Shown here: positions 53,901 through 64,000 of the stretch, piece by piece
Layout: each line of letters opens with the position of its first letter
Position numbering within the stretch: position 1 is the first letter of the stretch
Assembly: GCA_963776275.1 (NCBI GenBank)
Contig: CAVZMI010000005.1
Location: 32,001-96,000 of the forward strand
Direction: 5' to 3'
DNA: 64,000 nt
DNA from: Ignavibacteriota bacterium
GTDB lineage: Bacteria > Bacteroidota > Ignavibacteria > UBA10030 > CAVZMI01
Made by a program: the position numbers and the translations under genes
Notes under the pieces: model-generated
Database searches by the model: none
Seen by the model: only the letters and a program-made list of their open reading frames with translations
What the model was told of the DNA's origin: nothing

Positions 53901-56371
53901 TTACTGGGGTAAATAATGCAATAATTTCAGAAGATCGGAAAAGACTCCCATCGCTGTTACATCCGCACCGGCGCCGGGCCCTGGACAACCAGTGGTGTTT
54001 GCGAGTAGCGGTGGGTGGTGAACGCAATGATGTTATCGCTCCCTTTTGTCGTAGCAAAAAGATGATTGGCCGGAATTTCCCTGATGCCTGCAAATGCTGT
54101 CCGTCCTTGCAGCACACCGACGTACCGCAGCACCGAACCATGATTGTGTGCTGCCTCGAAAAGGCGTTTCATCGCATCATCGTGTCTGGCATATCGTTGG
54201 AAGAAATCTTTCGGCAAAGATCCGCCCCGCAACGATTGAGGAACCAGATTTTCGACCTTAACGTGCTTCATATCCATCTTCAATCCGATTTGACGGGCGA
54301 GAATCAACAGCTTCCGGGCAACATCGCCTCCGGATAAATCCTCGCGCGGGTCCGGCTCGGTGTAGCCAAGCTCAAGAGCTTCCCGGACGAATGCACTGAA
54401 CGGGCGTACGCCGTCGTAATGGTTGAAGAGGTGACTCAGCGTTCCGGAAAACATACCTTCAATTTTTACGATCTCATCGCCGCTCGCGATCAAATCCTTT
54501 AGTGTGGATATGATTGGCAAACCTGCCCCGACGTTTGTTTCATATAGAAAATATTTCTGACGGTTCTTCATCAATTCGGTCAGTTGTTTATATCGCTGCC
54601 ACGGAAGTACATTCGCCCGCTTGTTCGGCGTTATAATGTGCATGTTCAGCCGGACAAAATCTTCATACATATCGACAATCTCGGAACTTGCCGTACAATC
54701 AACTACAACGGCATTTGTCAGCTGGAGTGATGCAAGCTGCCGCAGTAATTCCGAACGCTCGGTCCGATAGGGCGAGTTGTTGAAGGCCTCCTTCCATTTC
54801 TTCAGATCGATTCCTGTCGAAGAGAGAACAAATCGGTCGATATCTACAATTCCGCATACATGGACATCAAATCCCTGCGAATGAAGATACGATTGCTGTT
54901 GCTGGATCTGCTTCAGAAGAGTGCCGCCGATATTTCCCGGACCGATCAGAATCACTCCAAGCTTTTTCGTCGGTTCGAAGAAAGCTTCGTGAATAACGTT
55001 CAATGCGCGGTATTTCTGCTGTTCATCGATTACAAAAGAAATGTTTCGTTCCGACGCTCCTTGTGCAATTGCGGAAATATTGATGTTGTTACGTCCCAGG
55101 GCCTGGAATACTTTTCCGGAAACGCCGGGAGTGCCCTTCATTCCGTCTCCCACAATAGCGACGATCGTCTGGCCGGGTTTATCATCGAGTGAAGTCAGTC
55201 TGGATTTCAGCTCATAGTGAAACTCTTTTGCAACGGCTTTCTTCGCTGTCGTGACGTCTTTACTGTTAATGGCGAAACATATTGTGTGTTCCGACGACGC
55301 CTGTGATATCAAAATGGTATTCACACCGTGTGATGCAAGTGCACGAAATAACCGTTCTGCAACTCCAGGAACACCGACCATGCTCATTCCGCGCAATGTG
55401 ACGAGAGTGCATTCGTCGATAGCTGTAATTCCCTTTGCAACTTTTTCCGATCGATCCACGCGGCGAGAAATGAGGGTTCCAGCAGCGGATGGATTTAACG
55501 AATTCTTTATAATGATTGGAATACGTTTTGCCACAGCGGGGGCAATCGATGATGAATGAAGCACTTTTGCCCCAAAGTAGGATAGTTCCATCGCTTCTTC
55601 GTACGATAGCGACGGCAGAACAGACGCGTTGGAAACTACACGTGGATCGGCACTAAGGATGCCATCGACATCGGTCCAGATTTCTATCAAAGACACGTCA
55701 AGCGCCGCCCCGATAATTACTGCCGAATAATCGGATCCGTTTCTGCCGATCGTGGTTGTGAGGCCGTCTTCGGTCGAACCGATGAATCCGGTAATGACGG
55801 GAATTAACCGTTTCCCGGAACCGGCGAATAGGTGTTGGAAATATGTTTTGATCGCCCGGTTGGTTTTATCGAATAGAATACCTGCTCGTGTGAATTGATC
55901 GTCGGTTTTCACAAACTCACGTGCATCGATATATCGCGCAGCTCGTGATCGCTGTATAAAGGAGGTGATTATTAGCGTCGACAGGCGTTCTCCGAAACTT
56001 GCCGTCAAATCAAGCGTACGCGGAGAACAATGATGAAGCATATAAATCCCCTGAAGCACATCGCGCAGTTCCGTGAGCATGACCTGGAGTTCTAATGCGA
56101 TACGTTTTGGCGGAAGAGCGTTATGAAGAACGCTCAATGTTTTTGAATGCCGTTCAGCCAGCTTTTGGTAGATCGAATGAAATTTCCTGTCGCCTGCTTC
56201 TGCCAGGCGGGCGCATTCCAGTAATTGATCTGTCACTCCCCCGAATGCAGACACAACTACAGCGACGCGTTCTTTCTTTACATTGCTGAGAATAATTGAT
56301 GCGACATCGCGTATTCGCTCGGGAGTAGCAACCGATGAACCGCCAAACTTCAATACCTTTTTAATAGACAT
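53901..56371 (-). CDS. thrA: Bifunctional aspartokinase/homoserine dehydrogenase; frameshift at ~53977 near the C-terminus
   Basis: KFGGSSV, GRNGSDYSA, WTDVDG, ACT domains, YETNVGAGLP and TEPDPREDLSG. The conserved GAGADVTAMGVFSDL end lies in another frame, stopping at 53901. Confidence 0.95.
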
Positions 56372-56455
56372 TTCTTTTTCCTATATTCTTCACGGCATGT
56401 TCAGAAAAAGCTTTTCCGGCATCAGATACGTCGGGAGCTTCAGGCAGGCAAAGGT

Positions 56456-56484
56456 ATGATACGAAAAGGCTTCTAAAAAAGCAA
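56456..56484 (-). promoter_or_regulatory. Putative sigma70 promoter for thrA-apgM
   Basis: Minus strand TTGCTT-17 bp-TATCAT. Confidence 0.55.
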
Positions 56485-56579
56485 GAAAGTGGAGGAACCG
56501 GGTCGCAGTAATTAGAATGGCTGATGATATTTCTGTAAAATATCGGGCACAAAATCCCGGGTTAAAAGCACATCGTATT

Positions 56580-59500
56580 TTATGCGTCTAATACATCGCG
56601 TATTTTATTCAGAAGATCATTCATATTGTACGGCTTTTGTACAATTTCTTTTGCCCCATCTCTGAATATTTCCGATCTTTCGCCCGGATCGGTGTAACCT
56701 GTAGCCATGATGAATTTGATTGCAGGGTTGTGTGCCCTCAACTTCTTAAGAATTTCTCGCCCGCTCAAAATAGGTAATCCAAGATCAGAGAGTACCAGTG
56801 CGATTTTCTGTTGGTTCTGCTTGTATACTTCGATTGCTTCTTCGCCGTTTGAAGCCGTCAGGACAGTATAGCCGTTTCCTTCAAGGCTGATATGAATCAA
56901 CTCTCTCAATAACTCCTCATCTTCGACTACCAGGATGGTTTCCGTACCGCCGGGAACACCCTTCTTTACTTCTTTTTCATGATCGATGCTCTTTGCCGAC
57001 AGTAATTTTTTTACAGGAAAGTACAGAGAGAATGTTGTGCCTTGTCCGATCTTGCTCTGGACATCGATGAATCCTTCATGACTTTCTACAATACCGAAGA
57101 CAACCGCCAGGCCCAACCCTGTGCCTTTTCCAACTTCCTTTGTTGTGAAGAAGGGATCGAAGATACGCTGAATAGTTGCCTCATCCATACCGACACCCGT
57201 GTCATCCACCTTGACGGAAACATATTGTTCGAATGTTGCGTCGATAAACCGGGAACGTAAAGATTCACCGGAAATAATTCCGGTTGAAATTGTGAGTGTT
57301 CCGGTCCCCGACATCGCATCGCGGGCGTTGACACAGAGATTGAGTAATACCTGATGAAGCTGTGTTGAATCGGCAGTAATGAGAGGGAGACCATCGGTCA
57401 AGCGGCACGATAACGTCATAGTCTTCGGGAATGTTTCGTGGTAGAGTTTTTCGATTTCCTTGACGGAATCATTTACTTGAATCGGAGTGAATTCCACGTC
57501 GCCCTTGCGAGCAAATGTGAGCATCTGCCGGACCAATGATGCACCGCGCTCCGACGCCTTGTCAATGGCAGCAATACTCGCTTTCAGCCTTTGTGGATCA
57601 CTATGAGAGATCGATATTATCGATGAATGTCCCATGATGATACCGAGGATATTGTTGAAGTCGTGTGCAATGCCGCTGGCAAGAGTCCCGAGGCTTTCCA
57701 ATTTTTGCGCCTGATGCATTTCTTTTTCGAGATTTCGCTGCTCCGTGACATCGCGCTGAATACACAGAAATCCGACGATTTTCCCCTGAGAATCTAAAAT
57801 TGGGTTAGCGGTAATCTCGATATTAAGGAGACGACCGTCTTTCGTCCGATTAATCCATTCTTCCTTTACGATCTGTCTGTTCAGAAGGGTATGCCAGAAA
57901 GCTGTGTACTTTTCACGTTGTTGTACACCTGATTTCAGGATGCGTGGAGTCGCCTTACCGATTACTTCATTCGGTTCGTGACCGTAGAGTTGAGCGAATG
58001 CCGCATTCGCAAATGTTATAATGCCGCTGCGGTCGGTCATGAAAATTACTTCGCTCGATGCTGCAACCGCCTGATTTAATCGCATCAAAGATTCTTCGGT
58101 ACGCTTTTGTTCCGTGATATCTTCGACGATTCCGTCATAGTACAGTGTCTTTCCTTGAGAATCTCGAATTACGTGTGAATTCTCTCGAATAAAAACCCTG
58201 GTCCCATCCCGTTTAACCCAACAGGACTCCAGGCCTTTCACCTCACCCCTGCTTTCTACGCTCTTGAGGAATCGAGAACGATCATATGAATGATCAAGAC
58301 CTTCTCTCTGGAGATCTTTGGCTGCAAATTCTTCTAACGACGAATAGCCGAGCATATTGATCAGAGCAGGATTTGCCAATAGAATTTTACCATCCGGTGT
58401 TGTTCTATAGATACCGACGGTACTGTTCTCGTACAGAGATCGGAAGCGTTCCTCACTCTCACGCAATGCCTCCTCTGCCTGCTTTCGTACCGTGATATCC
58501 TGATTTACGCCATAGGTCCTAATCGTGCGGCCCTTATCGTCTTTGATGACAAAGATACGGACGGATATATAGCCGATACTTCCATCTGCAAAAATAATTC
58601 GATGCTCTATATCCCGCGAGAAATTGGGATCTGTTGTTTCCAGTGCTTTCTGAATCTCGGTACCAACCACGGATAGATCATCAGGATGAACGAATCGCTG
58701 GGCATATTGAGCGGATGACATTGTATATCCACCGACTTGTTCTGCTGTTGTGCGGAAGATATTGTAAAAGTGGTCGTTAAATAAAAAAAGATCTTTATCG
58801 ACATCGTATTCCCAGTAACCCATACGGGCAATCTTTGAAGCGGTCGCCAACTGCGTTTCTCTTGTTCGCAATTCAGTTTCCACGCGTTTTTGTTCGGAGA
58901 TATTTTGCACAGCGCCATAGATCCCGGCCAATATATTCCTTTTTTCGTCCCAGACAGGATGAGCATACACCCGCACCCAGACTACCTTGCCGCTTTTCAT
59001 AATCGTGCGCAGCTCTGTCACAACCTGTTGATTCGAGCGCAGTTTTTCCATGTCATGATCATCGATTGCGTAGTCATCCGGATGAACAATTGCGCGCCAA
59101 CCGCCAATGGATGCATATTCTTCGAATGTGTACCCGGTCATCGCTTCAAAAGCTCCGGCGACCCATTCGGCGATAAGTCCGCCATCCGCTTTTACATTTG
59201 TCGAGAAAACATAATCGGAGACCACATTCGATATAAGGCGATATCGGGTTTCGCTTTCTTTCAGCTTTTCCTCTGCTTGTATGCGCTCGGTTATGTCTAG
59301 AGCGATTCCGACCATACCGAGGAGTGACCTTTCCTTGTCGCGCAGTGGTATTTTGGAAATAAGTTCCCACCGCTGTCGGCCATTTGAGTCAACCGAACAC
59401 TGTTGCCTTCCTAATATTGTTTCCCCATCTCTGATAATCCTTTGATCCTCGGCAAAATATTCTTCTGCAAGCTCCTTTGGATAAACCTCAAAATCAGTCT

Positions 59501-60948
59501 TTCCGAGAAGATCGGCCTCGGTCAGCGGCTCTTTACGTCCAAGCGTGACCCCAACACGTTTTAAATGGGCGGTATTGACAACCGTCTTCTTATACTCTTT
59601 ATCCTTCACAAAAACCGAGTTTGGGAGATGATCGATCAGCGTTTTAAGAAGTACGCGTTCCTGCTCTCGAGATGCCTCCGCCAGCTTGTGCTCGGTGATG
59701 TCTCTGGAGATGCCAAAAGTACCGATGATTTGTCCTTGCGCGTCACGAAGAGGGACCTTGGTTGTTGAGACCCATGTCGTTCGGCCATCGGGCCACGTTT
59801 CCTTCTCCTCCAGATTTATCAAAGGCTCGCCGGTTTTTATAATTTTCTGTTCGTCCTCGAATGCCGGCCGGGCGTGATCCTCGGTGAAAAAGTCAAAGTC
59901 TGTCTTACCCACGGATTGCGCACGTTCGCTGAGGTTAAATTTTTCAGCCAGCGCCTTACTAATTGTAATAAAGCGGCTATCGGTATCCTTGAAGTAGATG
60001 TTATCAGGAACGTTATCCATGAGTGCCCTCACTAGATTCCGTTCCTTACTCAATGCTTCCTCCGCCTGCTTACGCTCGGTGATATCGCGGCACAGCGAAA
60101 GGATCCTGACGGATTCTCCGCTGCCTACCACTGTCGCGTTGATCTCAATGGGAGTAATTTGTTCACTACGGTTTATGTAGTCGATTTCAAGATTTCTGAC
60201 ATAACCCTGCTCAGCACACTTCTTCACTTCGATGGCATTTCGCTCCAGGTCATGTGGGGCGGTCCGATTCAACCACGCTTCGGCCGAGGATCTCATCCAG
60301 CGTATCGTAGCCCGTGAGCCGGATATATTCTTTATTGGCGTCGATGACTCTGCCTTGGGCATCTAGAATGAGATACCCTGTGTCGGTCGTCTCGATCAAG
60401 GCCTTGTGTTTTTCTTCGCTATCCCGTAAAGCCTCCTCAGCCCGCTTGTGCTCGGTGAGGTCTCTTATGAAAGCTGTAACTCCAACAATTTCTTCATTTT
60501 GATGTATCGGATTCCAACTGAACTCATAATAAATATCCGGCTCTGGTTGATGTTGTATTTCCGAAAAGGCTTCTCCCTTTAACGCACGATCCATGCTTTG
60601 TTTTGCAAGTATACGTAATTCAGGTATCCGCATACATTCAAGCAGATTCATTCCAATTTTAATGTCAGCATTCCATACTCGTTTCATTTCATTACGATGC
60701 TTTTCATTAAATGTGGTATAGCAGTAATTTTTGTCCAATGAGAAAATAAAGATATCGCTTGCGCTATTAATCAAAGCATCTAGCAATGCATACTGAGCTT
60801 TCAAAGTTTCCTCCGCCTGCTTGCGCTCGGTGATATCCTGTTCACTGTGCTTACGTTTCTTCAGCAGCGTTTCCAGCTTCTTCACTTTCGTACGAACAGA
60901 TTCCAGTTCTTCAATCAGTTCATTCTTCGTTTTCTTATCATTCTTCAT
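56580..60948 (-). CDS. Multi-PAS hybrid sensor histidine kinase/response regulator; frameshift at ~60268
   Basis: Repeated PAC ends (DITERKQAEE), H-box GIAHDFNN, NLCVNARDAM, FDPFFTTK, GTGLGL and a C-terminal receiver. ORFs 60250-61086 and 56580-60362 join as SVVE-W-TAPHD if one base is removed. AGGAG RBS before ATG 60948. Confidence 0.9.
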
Positions 60949-61082
60949 TTGTCGTGTTCTCCTACTTGGAGTTTTGTTCGAGACGCTAGGACCATATCGC
61001 AAGAGACGTGGACAAAAATCAGGAGGAATATGTACCCGGTTCGATTTTCTTTGGTCAGATTTTTTCATGGCGGACATCTTTT

Positions 61083-62009
61083 TCAAACTACCCCCGGTTG
61101 ATATAATGCAATTGCCATTTTTGAGAGATCGTTCACGACTCGGTCTTGATTTCCCCAGTCGCTCCAGGTAACACCTTCAGCACGAATAACGCGGAGGTGT
61201 TTCGCATTCGGTTCAAGTATAGCTTTGGAGAATCCTTCCGACGGTAGTCGTGTGAATTGACCGTCAACTTGAGCAAGACCATTTGGAGAAGTGATTAACG
61301 ATTTTATTGTTTCCATGCGGCCGTTTAACTTCGGCATCGATTTCCGGTATAATCCAAGGAGGGTTTTTACCTGTGCTGCAAAGACCATCGAATTCCAGAG
61401 ACCTTTTTTCGCATGCAGAGTAACGGCAAGTTCTTCTGGCGGCTTTTCTATAAACCGTATAACAGAATAGAACCGATTTCCGCAATAGCGTAAGAACGAT
61501 GAAGACGATTCAATCCATCCGTAATTTGTATCGGCATCTTTTGAAGGAATGCCAATCAGTACGATCGTCTCCGGGCAATGATGGACAAAATCCACGGCAA
61601 TTTCAACAAAATTCATGAAGCGTTGTTCTTCCTTCACAAAGTGATCGGAAGGAAATACCGTTATGAATGCAGAAGGATCCTGTGCAGCTATTTGTACAAC
61701 GGGAAGAAGAATACCAACAGCAGTTTCGCGATTGCAGGGTAACACTGTAAGAGATTTTCTATCCCGTTCTGGAATCTCCGCATGAATATATTTCAAATGT
61801 TGATTGTTCACGACGATGCGCATGCGCTGGAGGGGAACAATGCGTTTCACACGCTCAACGGTATGCCGAAGCATAGAACGCGTTCCAATGATATTTGCAA
61901 ATTGCTTCGGACAGTCGATACCTCGCCGGGTTTTAAGATACTCGCGCATCCGGACGCCTTCACCTCCTGCCAGGATAATAGCCCAAAGATTTTCGAACCG
62001 CTTGCTCAT
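61083..62009 (-). CDS. Mannose-1-phosphate guanylyltransferase-like nucleotidyltransferase (no cupin domain)
   Basis: ILAGGEG.R, PKQF, FPSDHF, YGWIE, FIEKP and WSDWG motifs. Confidence 0.85.
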   Translation of the reverse strand: MSKRFENLWAIILAGGEGVRMREYLKTRRGIDCPKQFANIIGTRSMLRHTVERVKRIVPLQRMRIVVNNQHLKYIHAEIPERDRKSLTVLPCNRETAVGILLPVVQIAAQDPSAFITVFPSDHFVKEEQRFMNFVEIAVDFVHHCPETIVLIGIPSKDADTNYGWIESSSSFLRYCGNRFYSVIRFIEKPPEELAVTLHAKKGLWNSMVFAAQVKTLLGLYRKSMPKLNGRMETIKSLITSPNGLAQVDGQFTRLPSEGFSKAILEPNAKHLRVIRAEGVTWSDWGNQDRVVNDLSKMAIALYQPGVV

Positions 62010-62046
62010 ATTGACGACTCGGTACAAACAAGTACATTGCGACAGT

Positions 62047-62250
62047 TCAACATACCGGCAATGTAATAATAAACTTTGATCCTTCTCCTACTTTTAATTC
62101 GACGGCGATTGTCCCGTAATGTGCTTCAATGATTTCACGGCAGATCACTAAGCCCAATCCTGTACGGATGTTGGATTTTCTGAATTCTACATTTGTAATT
62201 CTGCTTTTTTCGAACAGAGTAGGAATCTCCTTATCAGAAATCCCGCAAAA
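62047..62250 (-). pseudogene. Remnant of a histidine kinase HATPase_c C-terminus
   Basis: GISDKEIPTLFE...TGLGLVICREIIEAHYGTIAV...GEGSKFIITLP with no H- or N-box upstream. Confidence 0.7.
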
Positions 62251-62832
62251 TAAAAAATCCGATTGGTCGCGGGTGACGGTGTTATGGCCGTTCTTCCATA
62301 ACCATCCAGAGCAGAAGGATTCACCGGTCATTATGTAGTATCAAGAACTCGATCCAGCGAGTATCTCGCTCTAATATATTATCGGCATTTTCTAGAGTTA
62401 GATTACGATATTTAGGGTCAAGGACTCGAAAAATGAGAAAAAAGCTCTTCATATTATTTAAGGAGTCAGGAGTATCGGGAGGCAGTGGTACTGTAAAAAT
62501 AAGCTCAATTAAAAAGCAAGAAAATAGCAAAATTATAATGGAAAGGCTTGAAAAACTGAAAAACAATATTAACGTCCTATATCGAGTCGGTAAACCTTGG
62601 GGATTTTCCGATTGACACCTACGATCTGTAGGGAAGCGTCACTGGAGCAGCATGTCTCTGAGTCCTTTTTTTGATGGCAAATCCCCGAGAAAATCGTTGA
62701 AGTTTCCACGACCGAAACAACTTGCAGGCTCTATAAAGCGCCGAAATACAACACTCCCCTTTCCTATTTGCTATAAACTTGCGAACCTCCCAACCTTCAA
62801 CTTTAAACTATGCTCTGGACTATTTCAGTATA

Positions 62833-63987
62833 TTATCGAAGGAGTATAAGTTTTTTCGTCTCCATAAGATTGCCCGATTCGAGTCGATAGAAATACACGC
62901 CGGTCGAAAATCCCGATGCATCCCATACTGTTTGATACGTCCCGGCATCGAATTGTGCTGACACCAGCGTTGTGATGAGTGTTCCACACGGATCGAATAT
63001 CTTCAGCGTAACAAATCCTGGTTGTGGAATCGAAAATCTGAAGGTGGTATTCGGATTAAACGGATTCGGATAATTCGCACTTAAAACAAATTCATATTTC
63101 TGCATCGAGGATGACGCTGTATCTGTGTAGCCGGAATTTCCATCCCAGCCTGCAAGCCGCGCCCATAACCACCACGCTGCATATGCTTTACTATTGGCAT
63201 TGAGCGGCTGGCTGTGAGCAGAAGAGCAGTTATACCAGTCAACGTTTACAGTATGGGAATTCTGCCATATTGTAGCCCAGTTGGCGTCAAGGTTGTGGTC
63301 GCCGTTACTGTCATAATCACAATTATCATTGGCCGAAAGCTGCATGTAATTAATCTGGCCGTCAGGATCATAGCTCTCAATATCGGCAAAATCAAATAAT
63401 ATTTTATTATTGCCGGTACAGTAATTTCTAATCTGTTGATTGCGAAGATTGACATTCCCCGAAGTCCCCGTCCCGTTTAAATGACCTGTCATGTAAACAA
63501 ACTTTATATTAGGATAATCATGTTCCAACCCAGACATAAGGTTCAAATAGAGGTTTATATCTGATTCCGTTCCATCCACCTGGCCACACCATGACCAGAT
63601 AATTACATTGATCTCCGGGTGTGCATTTAAATAAGTCCTTGTTGAGGCTTCCCATGCTGTGCGATTAGGGTTTCCGAGATCGCTTGCTCCGCTGAAAGGT
63701 CCGTCTTTGAGATCCAACGCGCCATTTGTTCCCCCGTTGTTGAAGGCATAGAGATTTTGAGGATATCCTAAGCCGTTCATGAAAGCTACTAGGCTACTCA
63801 TTCCATCAATGAGTTGACTGCCATGAGAAGTGTGTCCGTATGCAATGTGAAGAGTGGATTTAGCCTGGGAAATATATTGTAGCGGTATCTCGCTTATCTT
63901 TGTACATGTATGGTCGGCTATGATAGGGCCGGCTATTAGAGTGAATGGTAAAAATAACGCTATCGTTAACAGAGTCATTAGACTCAT
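62833..63987 (-). CDS. Secreted protein of unknown function with T9SS-type CTD
   Basis: Signal peptide; HIAYGHTSHGSQL, WSWCGQ, YMTGH and FDFADIES motifs; C-terminal NYPNPFNP...GVYFYRL...KKLILLR. Confidence 0.8.
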   Translation of the reverse strand: MSLMTLLTIALFLPFTLIAGPIIADHTCTKISEIPLQYISQAKSTLHIAYGHTSHGSQLIDGMSSLVAFMNGLGYPQNLYAFNNGGTNGALDLKDGPFSGASDLGNPNRTAWEASTRTYLNAHPEINVIIWSWCGQVDGTESDINLYLNLMSGLEHDYPNIKFVYMTGHLNGTGTSGNVNLRNQQIRNYCTGNNKILFDFADIESYDPDGQINYMQLSANDNCDYDSNGDHNLDANWATIWQNSHTVNVDWYNCSSAHSQPLNANSKAYAAWWLWARLAGWDGNSGYTDTASSSMQKYEFVLSANYPNPFNPNTTFRFSIPQPGFVTLKIFDPCGTLITTLVSAQFDAGTYQTVWDASGFSTGVYFYRLESGNLMETKKLILLR

Positions 63988-64000
63988 ATCCGTTTTTAGG

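Noticed and set aside
53887-54141. Long N-terminal extension of the ApgM ORF given in the ORF track
   Set aside because: It overlaps the thrA 3' end; an RBS and TTG at 53886 match the family N-terminus (KYVIVVPDG).
56372-56579. Threonine attenuator or lysine riboswitch upstream of thrA
   Set aside because: No Thr/Ile-rich leader peptide or recognisable riboswitch elements, and the predicted leader is short.
62321-62961. Short ORFs in the 62.3-62.9 kb gap
   Set aside because: Low-complexity, mutually overlapping, and without recognisable motifs.

Overview
Bacterial chromosomal window. Gene content suggests an Ignavibacteria/Bacteroidota-related organism: five proteins with T9SS-type C-terminal sorting domains, lpxB/lpxK, and canonical sigma70-like promoters. 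Positions 1-32.3 kb are mostly housekeeping on the + strand: peptidoglycan recycling (ampG, serine hydrolase, MurK-like kinase), pruA, sucC, gatB, tpiA, a membrane-anchored GH2-like protein, smc, lpxB, lpxK, ppdK, queA, ispD, plsY, gpsA, tRNA-Thr(CGT), gdhA and a receiver/PPDK_N protein. Positions 32.3-64 kb mix accessory secreted proteins, an IS3-family element, pckG, an aminotransferase, thrC/thrA/apgM, a Ser/Thr kinase plus sigma54-activator cluster and a multi-PAS hybrid kinase. The most unusual feature is at 26.9-27.65 kb: an intact tRNA-Thr sits between inverted repeats in the anticodon position of a second, degenerate tRNA-like shell. It is followed by a 252-bp tandem array of tRNA copies whose anticodon arm, T-loop and acceptor strand carry small, sometimes nested GC-rich palindromes. 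At least seven single-base frameshifts in otherwise intact genes (two in smc) suggest consensus indel errors, so pseudogene calls need read-level checks. All assignments are from motif recognition; no database searches were run.
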